A stretch of DNA of 35,899 bases, taken from positions 1 through 35,899 of the IMG/VR virus record IMGVR_UViG_3300017747_002940; one strand, written 5' to 3'. Source of the stretch: a virus. Lineage: Duplodnaviria > Caudoviricetes. Under the pieces are notes generated by a model. That model had not been told where the DNA came from, ran no database searches, and worked only from the letters and a program-made list of their open reading frames with translations. Numbering within the stretch: position 1 is the first letter of the stretch; each line of letters opens with the position of its first letter. The position numbers and the translations under genes were made by a program. Shown one piece after another: positions 1-5,554 of the stretch.

Positions 1-123
1 CAGTCTGCGAAGTTCCCGTTGGTCTTCTTGTCCCAAACCAGCACGCAACTCGTCGGCGGCAAGCTGTAGTAGTTGCCGCCGAAGATGATCTGATGCTGCG
101 CCTTTGCACGCATCAAGCCAATC
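1..123. repeat. Terminal direct repeat, copy 1 (circular assembly overlap)
   Basis: 1-123 is identical to 35777-35899, and a methyltransferase ORF reads in frame across the join. Confidence 0.95.
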
Positions 124-356
124 AGCCAATCGGCCGGCACGTCGGCATCCCATGTCGTTTGCGCGTAGATGCGTTTAGCCACACGGCGGTGCCCGTGGCC
201 CACCACAGTGCCGCTCGCTTTGTGCGCGGCAGCATCTGCGCCAATCCCGTAGGGCGGGTCCGTCAGCAGCAAGTCATGTGCAGGCAGCAGCGGCAGCACC
301 TCGCGGCAGTCCCCGTGCCACAGTTCCGCGTTCCCGATCACTACTTTCTCAGCCAT
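1..356 (-). CDS. DNA adenine-N6/cytosine-N4 methyltransferase, N-terminal part (continues at 35776-35422; about 236 aa in total)
   Basis: Manual translation from ATG 356 gives MAEKVVIGNAELWHGDCREVLPLLPAHDLLLTDPPYGIG (DPPY catalytic motif). It joins ORF 35422..35892, which carries LDPFMGSGTTG. Alternative in-frame ATG at 362. Confidence 0.9.
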   Translation of the reverse strand, partial: MAEKVVIGNAELWHGDCREVLPLLPAHDLLLTDPPYGIGADAAAHKASGTVVGHGHRRVAKRIYAQTTWDADVPADWLIGLMRAKAQHQIIFGGNYYSLPPTSCVLVWDKKTNGNFAD

Positions 357-358
357 CT

Positions 359-451
359 TCATCCTTTGTTGGTGCGCCACCAGTGAAACCTAACCCCTCG
401 GTCAACCGGAGAGCCCACGGCAAGTGTGGTGGCGTTATCAGGCTTTGTCAT
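359..451 (-). CDS. Leader peptide starting inside attC-like site (MTKPDNATTLAVGSPVDRGVRFHWWRTNKG)
   Basis: GGAG upstream of ATG 451 within the attC; its stop TGA overlaps the MTase ATG at 362 (ATGA). Confidence 0.5.
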   Translation of the reverse strand: MTKPDNATTLAVGSPVDRGVRFHWWRTNKG

Positions 452-483
452 GGGTGGTCTCCCGGTTACCTCGAACGTTAGGC
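388..483 (+). mobile_element. attC-like site 2 (96 bp)
   Basis: ACCTAAC-CCCTC-GGTCAACC...GGTTACC-TCGAAC-GTTAGGC. Confidence 0.9.
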
Positions 484-755
484 GGACGCAAATACCGGCG
501 CCCGTGGCCTCTCTGCTTTTCAGCCAAGAAAAACTCTGCGTCCTTGTTGACGCAGCCGCCGTCCGGGTCAAGAAACCACCAAGCATCTGTGAAGTCGTCA
601 GAAATCAGCGGCGCCCGCGTCTTCCAGTCGCACTTCACGGCCAGCACATAGCGGCGGCGGTTTGCCGTGGCATGGGCCACGATGAGAAACAGCCACCACG
701 AGTCTTCGGCCTCGTTTGTCGCTGCCCAGTAATCACCTGCTTTTATGTGACTCAT
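438..755 (-). CDS. Hypothetical cassette protein
   Basis: GAGG RBS upstream; C-terminus PNVRGNRETTHDKA is read from the neighbouring attC. Confidence 0.7.
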   Translation of the reverse strand: MSHIKAGDYWAATNEAEDSWWLFLIVAHATANRRRYVLAVKCDWKTRAPLISDDFTDAWWFLDPDGGCVNKDAEFFLAEKQRGHGRRYLRPPNVRGNRETTHDKA

Positions 756-781
756 GCGTTTCCTCGTTTGTCCACAGCGCC

Positions 782-839
782 GCCTAACCCATCGCTCAAC
801 TTGACCGCCTACGGCGGCAAGTTAGCTCGAACGTTAGGC
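782..839 (+). mobile_element. attC-like site 3 (58 bp)
   Basis: GCCTAAC-CCATC-GCTCAACT...AGTTAGC-TCGAAC-GTTAGGC. Confidence 0.92.
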
Positions 840-840
840 G

Positions 841-1074
841 TCAGCATTGAGCGCAATAAGCAAGACGGCCAGCGTGCGTCAGTTCGTAGCCAGATACAGT
901 GCAAGGCCACGGGCTATGCCCTACGCGCATTTCCGTTTTGCGAAGAAATCCTTCGTTTACCAATTTGTCAGCTAACTTCGATTTTGTCTGCATCAGATGC
1001 ACGCCTTTTGTAAGCGCGGCATTTACCTCTGCGTCAAACGCTTTTTCAAGCAATGCAAGTTCTCTTGAGTTCAT
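841..1074 (-). CDS. Hypothetical cassette protein (possible winged helix)
   Basis: MNSRELALLEKAF...YELTHAGR; AGGA RBS; fills the cassette. Confidence 0.7.
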   Translation of the reverse strand: MNSRELALLEKAFDAEVNAALTKGVHLMQTKSKLADKLVNEGFLRKTEMRVGHSPWPCTVSGYELTHAGRLAYCAQC

Positions 1075-1095
1075 TCCTATTTCCCTTCTGAGCCA

Positions 1096-1146
1096 GCCTA
1101 ACAGCCCGGTCAAGCCGACCTTCGGCGGCTTACCTAATCGTTGGGC
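1096..1146 (+). mobile_element. attC-like site 4 (51 bp)
   Basis: GCCTAAC-AGCCC-GGTCAAGC...GCTTACC-TAATC-GTTGGGC. Confidence 0.88.
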
Positions 1147-1388
1147 GTCTTTCCCGGCGCCCGCATCTTTTGTGTTGGCACGGCTTGCACAAACACGGCG
1201 AACAACTCAATTCCAGCCTCCCTCATCATCCTGTCGGTGGGTGCCCTTCGCCCGCTAGTAACTGTGGTCACAAACGTCGGCGTGATCCCCCAGTGCCGGG
1301 CGGCAGCAGCTTGCGTGCCGTGCACAGACTGAATGTGTGCAAGCACCATGACGCCTAGTTGCCGCTTCAGTTCGTCCGCAATCTTCAT
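1134..1388 (-). CDS. Small HTH (Cro/XRE-like) cassette protein
   Basis: GTQAAAARHWGITPTFVTTVTSGRRAP resembles a Cro/XRE HTH. Confidence 0.65.
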   Translation of the reverse strand: MKIADELKRQLGVMVLAHIQSVHGTQAAAARHWGITPTFVTTVTSGRRAPTDRMMREAGIELFAVFVQAVPTQKMRAPGKTPND

Positions 1389-1410
1389 TCTGTGCCTTCG
1401 TTCGCCAGCC

Positions 1411-1468
1411 GCCCAACCCCCGCATGCAGCGGAGCCCCTACGGCGCCCGCTGATGCTGGCCGTTAGGC
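1411..1468 (+). mobile_element. attC-like site 5 (58 bp)
   Basis: GCCCAAC-CCCCG-CATGCAGC...GCTGATG-CTGGCC-GTTAGGC. Confidence 0.88.
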
Positions 1469-1744
1469 CCCATACCCGGCGCGCTGACTATCAATCAGGT
1501 CTGCCACCATCTGTGCGTCATCGCCGCATGCTTTGAACAGCGCATCGGTTAGCACGCGAAGTTCTGCGTCTTGCGCCCTCACCAGTGCAGCCCAGCGTTT
1601 GCGCTTGCCGGCCCATGTCTGGTTTATCGTGTCGTCCAGTTCGCGCAGCACGGCATCGCGCGTGGGGCCTAACCCCTCGCTCAAGCCGAGCCCCAACAGC
1701 GGATCAGGCTGCTGTGGCGTGTCGGTAGCTTTGTCGTCATTCAT
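1463..1744 (-). CDS. Hypothetical cassette protein starting inside attC loop
   Basis: GGAG RBS and ATG 1744 lie within attC 6; stop TAA lies in the R' box at 1463. Confidence 0.7.
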   Translation of the reverse strand: MNDDKATDTPQQPDPLLGLGLSEGLGPTRDAVLRELDDTINQTWAGKRKRWAALVRAQDAELRVLTDALFKACGDDAQMVADLIDSQRAGYGA

Positions 1745-1789
1745 GCTTCTTCTCCCGCTGTTGTGTCCGGCTTAGCTCGAACGTTAGGC
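1667..1789 (+). mobile_element. attC-like site 6 (123 bp)
   Basis: GCCTAAC-CCCTC-GCTCAAGC...GCTTAGC-TCGAAC-GTTAGGC. Confidence 0.9.
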
Positions 1790-2119
1790 GTCAAAGTCCA
1801 GCGCCTTTTGCATGCGTGTCATGGATGCTTCCGGCTCGGGGTGCTTGTGTGCCGTACACAGCTCTTCAATGATGCCAATTGCCTCACGCAACGCCTGATC
1901 AAGCATGTCACGGTGCGCCTGAAGATCGGCCATCGTATGTTGCGCGTACTCCAGCGCCTTGGCCGGGTTGCACGCGCTGCAACCGTCTCCCAACAGGTAC
2001 TGCGTAAACGTGCATTTGCATCCGGTCGTGGCGTTGACGCCTAACCCCAAATTCGACTTGAGAGCCAACGGCGTGTTGGCGGGCGTAGCGTCGTGCGCTT
2101 CGGTTGGTTTCGTGGTCAT
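1784..2119 (-). CDS. Hypothetical cassette protein with Cys motif, starting inside attC loop
   Basis: CKCTFTQYLLGDGCSACNP; ATG 2119 in attC 7; stop in R' box at 1784. Confidence 0.7.
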   Translation of the reverse strand: MTTKPTEAHDATPANTPLALKSNLGLGVNATTGCKCTFTQYLLGDGCSACNPAKALEYAQHTMADLQAHRDMLDQALREAIGIIEELCTAHKHPEPEASMTRMQKALDFDA

Positions 2120-2152
2120 CGCGTTGTCTCAAAGTCAATTTGAACGTTATGC
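2039..2152 (+). mobile_element. attC-like site 7 (114 bp)
   Basis: GCCTAAC-CCCAA-ATTCGACT...AGTCAAT-TTGAAC-GTTATGC. Confidence 0.85.
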
Positions 2153-2156
2153 AGCA

Positions 2157-2480
2157 TCAAAACAGGTCCGCCGTCATCGCCGCAGCTTTGCGGGTGGCGT
2201 AGGCGGTGCGCTTGTGGTGCTCGGCGTCATAGGTCAGGTGGCACCGCTGGCACATCGCCTTGAGGTTGTGCGCGTCGCAGTTCTCAGGCGTGTGGTCCAG
2301 ATGCGCCACAGTCAGCACAACCCGCGATCCGGTCACCGGGTGCAGCGTGCCATTGGCTGCTCGGCAGTCCGGGTATGCCGGCGAACCTTCACACAGTTGG
2401 TGCGCTCGCTCGCGAATCGCGTCAGCAATGCGCTTCCAGTCCTTCGGGTAGCGCGCTTTGTTTTCCGGTCGTATCGGCAT
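2157..2480 (-). CDS. HNH-like endonuclease cassette protein
   Basis: LTVAHLDHTPENCDAHNLKAMCQRCH HNH motif; AAGGTG RBS. Confidence 0.8.
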   Translation of the reverse strand: MPIRPENKARYPKDWKRIADAIRERAHQLCEGSPAYPDCRAANGTLHPVTGSRVVLTVAHLDHTPENCDAHNLKAMCQRCHLTYDAEHHKRTAYATRKAAAMTADLF

Positions 2481-2502
2481 ATGTTCACCTTTCACCAATG
2501 CT

Positions 2503-2611
2503 GCATAACCATTCGCTCAACCGGACCCATTGCGGCGTGCCGCCATTTGGGCTAAACACATAGCCCAAATGCCGTCCCGCCGCAACGGTCCGGTTAGCTC
2601 AAACGTTAGGC
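2503..2611 (+). mobile_element. attC-like site 8 (109 bp, long internal stem)
   Basis: GCATAAC-CATTC-GCTCAACC...GGTTAGC-TCAAAC-GTTAGGC; inner ATTTGGGCTA/TAGCCCAAAT stem. Confidence 0.9.
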
Positions 2612-2613
2612 GC

Positions 2614-2856
2614 TCAGTAGTCCACGCCGATCACAAGCGGCCCCATGTGCAGGTACACCATGCACCAGCCCTGAGCGTAGGTCGTCACGAGCCGCCAGCG
2701 CTTCGGGCCGCGGCCGGGCCAGTCGCCCCAGTGCCAAGTCCAGTGACCGCGAGTTGCAGCAATCCAGCATTCGCGCAGCCATCCACCGCCGCGCCTAACC
2801 CCTCGCTCAACCTGACCCAAATGGGCAGGCGCCGCCGTCTTGTGTTCATGCTTCAT
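2614..2856 (-). CDS. Hypothetical Trp-rich cassette protein starting inside attC loop
   Basis: ATG 2856 in attC 9; N-terminal GQVERGVRR is the attC L''/R'' read antisense. Confidence 0.6.
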   Translation of the reverse strand: MKHEHKTAAPAHLGQVERGVRRGGGWLRECWIAATRGHWTWHWGDWPGRGPKRWRLVTTYAQGWCMVYLHMGPLVIGVDY

Positions 2857-2894
2857 CTGCTGCCCCTTTGGTCAGGTTAGCTCAAACGTTAGGC
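2793..2894 (+). mobile_element. attC-like site 9 (102 bp)
   Basis: GCCTAAC-CCCTC-GCTCAACC...GGTTAGC-TCAAAC-GTTAGGC. Confidence 0.9.
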
Positions 2895-3139
2895 CCTTCA
2901 ATCGGCGGGTACACAAACTCGCGCGTGCCGTTCTGGCGTAGCGGAGTGATGACCCCCTGCCGCTCAAAGTGCTCCAGAATCCGCGCCGCTTGGTTGTAGC
3001 CAATCCGCAGATTCCGCTGCAAGAAGGTAAGCGTTATCCGGCCTGGGTTCGCAAGCAACAGCGCCAGCGCGTCGTCTATGTGCTGTGCCGTCACCAGCGA
3101 CAGGCCGGGCCGGTTCTCTATCGGTGTCAGTTCAATCAT
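2882..3139 (-). CDS. Stand-alone FtsK gamma-domain protein (cassette)
   Basis: ITLTFLQRNLRIGYNQAARILEHFERQGVITP...NGTREF matches the FtsK gamma winged-helix signature (LQRxxRIGYNRAARLIE). Confidence 0.85.
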   Translation of the reverse strand: MIELTPIENRPGLSLVTAQHIDDALALLLANPGRITLTFLQRNLRIGYNQAARILEHFERQGVITPLRQNGTREFVYPPIEGPNV

Positions 3140-3161
3140 CTGCTCGCTCCGGTTACAACGG

Positions 3162-3227
3162 GCCTAACCCGTCGTCCGACCTGACAGCCCCGGCAAGCCG
3201 GGTCTGCAGGCCGACTCTGCGTTAGGG
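3162..3227 (+). mobile_element. attC-like site 10 (66 bp)
   Basis: GCCTAAC-CCGTC-GTCCGACC...GGCCGAC-TCTGC-GTTAGGG (one L-box mismatch). Confidence 0.8.
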
Positions 3228-3589
3228 CTGTAGTGGCGCACCACCGCCATCAATTCATCCTCTGTCGGCGGGCGTGGCGGTTGGTCGCTGAACAGCAACC
3301 ACGCGCCTTCAGTTCGGCCCCGGCTCTTGTACCAAGTCACCCATAACGCCAGCGCGCCGCCTGCGCCTTCAACGTTGTCAACTTGCACCGTCGCGTACTT
3401 CTGATCTTCGCAATATCGGTAATCCACGCCGCTCGGCATCGGGCTTTGGCCTTCGTACACCAGATCGCGCAGTGCGTTCACGCTGGCGCAGTTCCAGTTT
3501 TCGGCGTGGAACGCGCCCCGCTTAAAGGCGCACGTTGGGTCGTCGCCGGGCCAGGTCTTGCCACGCTTCTTGCACTCTTCACAGTTCAT
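3164..3589 (-). CDS. Hypothetical cassette protein
   Basis: GGAG RBS; MNCEECKKRGKTW...WYKSRGRTE; reads through the whole of attC 10. Confidence 0.75.
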   Translation of the reverse strand: MNCEECKKRGKTWPGDDPTCAFKRGAFHAENWNCASVNALRDLVYEGQSPMPSGVDYRYCEDQKYATVQVDNVEGAGGALALWVTWYKSRGRTEGAWLLFSDQPPRPPTEDELMAVVRHYSPNAESACRPGLPGLSGRTTG

Positions 3590-3608
3590 CGCGTTTCTCC
3601 AACAACAG

Positions 3609-3668
3609 CCCTAACTACTCGCTCAAGCCGAGCCCGCACGGCGGGCCGGCTTAGCTCGAACGTTAGGC
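3609..3668 (+). mobile_element. attC-like site 11 (60 bp, canonical)
   Basis: CCCTAAC-TACTC-GCTCAAGC-CGAGCCCGCACGGCGGGCCG-GCTTAGC-TCGAAC-GTTAGGC; extra C in L'' and extra A in the stem. Confidence 0.93.
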
Positions 3669-3955
3669 GCTGCAATCCTGTATCGCGCGTACCCGCATTT
3701 TTCAACAATTCCAGCATCCAGCAGCTTGCGCATCGCTTGGTCAACGGAGGTCACCGACACATCAAGCACAACAGCCACCTCGGCCGTCTTCATGGGTGCC
3801 CGGAACTCTGCCAAAGTCAGCAGAATCTTCGCCTGTGTTTTTGGCGGCTTTCCAAGCCTGCCGCCGTGCACGCCGCGCCTAACCTTTCGGTCAAGCAGAG
3901 CGCCAACGGCGGCCACGCCGTCACGCTCCGGGTCAGTCTGTAGCGCCGTTGTCAC
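3623..3955 (-). CDS. Winged-helix DNA-binding cassette protein starting inside attC loop
   Basis: ILLTLAEFRAPMKTAEVAVVLDVSVTSVDQAMRKLLDAGIVEK wHTH pattern; GGAGG RBS then GTG 3955 inside attC 12. Confidence 0.7.
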   Translation of the reverse strand: MTTALQTDPERDGVAAVGALLDRKVRRGVHGGRLGKPPKTQAKILLTLAEFRAPMKTAEVAVVLDVSVTSVDQAMRKLLDAGIVEKCGYARYRIAAPNVRAKPARRAGSA

Positions 3956-3976
3956 CTGCTTACCTCCACGTTAGGC
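3877..3976 (+). mobile_element. attC-like site 12 (100 bp)
   Basis: GCCTAAC-CTTTC-GGTCAAGC...GCTTACC-TCCAC-GTTAGGC. Confidence 0.88.
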
Positions 3977-3989
3977 ATCACAAAACCCG

Positions 3990-4286
3990 CTAAGCACGTT
4001 CCGCTGCAATGGCCGCGTCCAGCAGTTCGCGCAGCGGGCCAGGCCGGTATGCGGCATCCTTGTAGTGCTCGTCCCAGTCATCCCAGCCAGTGCCGTTCTC
4101 GTCCACGGCCACGCACCACGCGGCCAGCATGGCAATGGCAATGTCGCGCTCCTTCACCAGTTCCTCGCGCTCATCGGCGCGGCCTTCGGCGTAGGCTTCC
4201 TCCAGCGTCGGGGGCAGCACGTTCGCCAGTTCAGCGGCTTCTTCGGTGTTCAGGCCGTCAGGCGGCTGGAAATTGTCGTGGCTCAT
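3990..4286 (-). CDS. Hypothetical cassette protein
   Basis: AAGGA RBS; NGTGWDDWDEHYKDAAYRPGPLRELLD. Confidence 0.75.
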   Translation of the reverse strand: MSHDNFQPPDGLNTEEAAELANVLPPTLEEAYAEGRADEREELVKERDIAIAMLAAWCVAVDENGTGWDDWDEHYKDAAYRPGPLRELLDAAIAAERA

Positions 4287-4316
4287 ATCGTCCTTTCGTT
4301 GTTCGTCAACAGTGAT

Positions 4317-4374
4317 GCCTAACCCCGCAATTCAAGCCGACCGGCGTACCGGCGGCTTAATTGCAACGTAAGGC
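4317..4374 (+). mobile_element. attC-like site 13 (58 bp; R' is GTAAGGC instead of GTTAGGC)
   Basis: GCCTAAC-CCCGCA-ATTCAAGC...GCTTAAT-TGCAAC-GTAAGGC. Confidence 0.85.
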
Positions 4375-4620
4375 GCTTACCGGCACGCTAGCAAAGGCAT
4401 GCTCGCAGCAGCTACCCAGCTTCTTCACTGGGAAGCCGCCAATGCCGCAGCGGTTGGCTTGAACGCCGTACTTTTCAACGTCCCACACGCCGGGTTGCTT
4501 CTGAATCCAGGCTGGCAGCGTCATCGTCGCCACGCGGTGCGCGCAGTTTCCGCACACGCCAGCGATCAACCTTGGCGTGTACTGCTGCGCCTCAATGGCG
4601 GCTTTGTGTTTCTTGCTCAT
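4357..4620 (-). CDS. Hypothetical Cys-rich cassette protein
   Basis: CGNCAH...RCGIGGFPVKKLGSCCEH; GAGG RBS. Confidence 0.75.
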   Translation of the reverse strand: MSKKHKAAIEAQQYTPRLIAGVCGNCAHRVATMTLPAWIQKQPGVWDVEKYGVQANRCGIGGFPVKKLGSCCEHAFASVPVSALRCN

Positions 4621-4649
4621 GCTTGCTTCCCCTCGTTTATCAACCACGC

Positions 4650-4709
4650 GCCTAACCCCTCGCTCAAGCGGGACCGCCTGACGGCGGCCCCTTAGCTCGA
4701 ACGTTAGGC
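4650..4709 (+). mobile_element. attC-like site 14 (60 bp)
   Basis: GCCTAAC-CCCTC-GCTCAAGC...CCTTAGC-TCGAAC-GTTAGGC. Confidence 0.9.
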
Positions 4710-4710
4710 A

Positions 4711-5055
4711 TCACTGAATACGCACCGTGCGGCCGCCGTGGCGCAGAACTTCACCACGCTCGCCAATGGTCACCGGGTCGTCGCGGTGTACGCGCAGCGC
4801 CTGCTTGATCGCTGTCTCTGCGTTGCGCTGGTACTTGTCATACTCGGCTTGCAAGCGCTTCAACTTGTCGGCGGCCTCGCGCTCGATTTCGCCTATGCGG
4901 TCGCTCCGCGGCGGCGAGTAAAACGCCATGCCGTAGTGCTCATGCCCGCCTTCTGCGCCGCCAGCCAAGCAGTCAAGCTGCTCTGGCGTCAGCTTCAGGC
5001 CGCACTCGTCTGCGGCTTCGGCGATGCAATCTTTCCAATAGTCACTGTTGCTCAT
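4711..5055 (-). CDS. Hypothetical cassette protein
   Basis: MSNSDYWKDCIAEAADECG...HEHYGMAFYSPP; AGGA RBS. Confidence 0.75.
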   Translation of the reverse strand: MSNSDYWKDCIAEAADECGLKLTPEQLDCLAGGAEGGHEHYGMAFYSPPRSDRIGEIEREAADKLKRLQAEYDKYQRNAETAIKQALRVHRDDPVTIGERGEVLRHGGRTVRIQ

Positions 5056-5078
5056 ATTCGTCCTATCGTTGTAGTGAT

Positions 5079-5179
5079 GCCTAACCCCGCAATTCAAGCG
5101 GAGGCCCAACGGCATCAGCTTTGGTGGCTTCTTCGTACATGGTCACGCCGTTGGTCTCCGCTTAATTGCAACGTTAAGC
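5079..5179 (+). mobile_element. attC-like site 15 (101 bp; last of array)
   Basis: GCCTAAC-CCCGCA-ATTCAAGC...GCTTAAT-TGCAAC-GTTAAGC. Confidence 0.88.
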
Positions 5180-5554
5180 CCCAAATAAGCTGCCAGGCGT
5201 GCCAACAGGTGGCGGGGCTTCAGGCCTCGCGCTGCCTTCCCATGCTGTCGCCAGCAGTGCCAGTAATTCCTGGTCACTGTCCGCGCGCAGCAGCCGGTCG
5301 TGTGCGTTCACGCAGATGGATTGCAGGCGGGCAATCTCTGCGGGCGGGCTTGCTGCCAGGGCTGCGCGCTCTTGCCACAGCGCCCATGCCAGATCGACCG
5401 GATAGTCCTTGTAGTTCCCCGGCCATGCGCTGGTGTGGTCGTCGGGCCAGCGCTCGGTGTTGCGCTCGTAGGGCGGGCCACTGATAGTGCGCTCAAACGC
5501 AGTGCGCTCGGCATCCGTGGGCGCAGGCAGTGCGCTTGTTGTGTTGGTGGTCAT
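5174..5554 (-). CDS. Hypothetical early protein
   Basis: ATGA coupling with the upstream gene at 5551-5554; stop TAA in the last R' box. Confidence 0.7.
   Translation of the reverse strand: MTTNTTSALPAPTDAERTAFERTISGPPYERNTERWPDDHTSAWPGNYKDYPVDLAWALWQERAALAASPPAEIARLQSICVNAHDRLLRADSDQELLALLATAWEGSARPEAPPPVGTPGSLFGA

Noticed and set aside
1-123. Terminal repeat as a biological direct terminal repeat
   Set aside because: It falls mid-gene and the MTase reads through once the copies are merged, so it is better explained as a circular assembly overlap.
388-5179. CRISPR array, REP elements or plain terminators as the explanation for the repeats
   Set aside because: The spacers are whole genes, the repeats vary in length and sequence, there are no U-tracts, and all show R/L box geometry with cross-gene end complementarity.
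426-5484. Plus-strand ORFs in the array (e.g. 426..1013, 1959..2555, 3383..3943, 4738..5484) as canonical-orientation cassette genes
   Set aside because: They cross attC sites and have no recognisable motifs, while the minus-strand ORFs fit the cassettes, have RBSs and include known domains.
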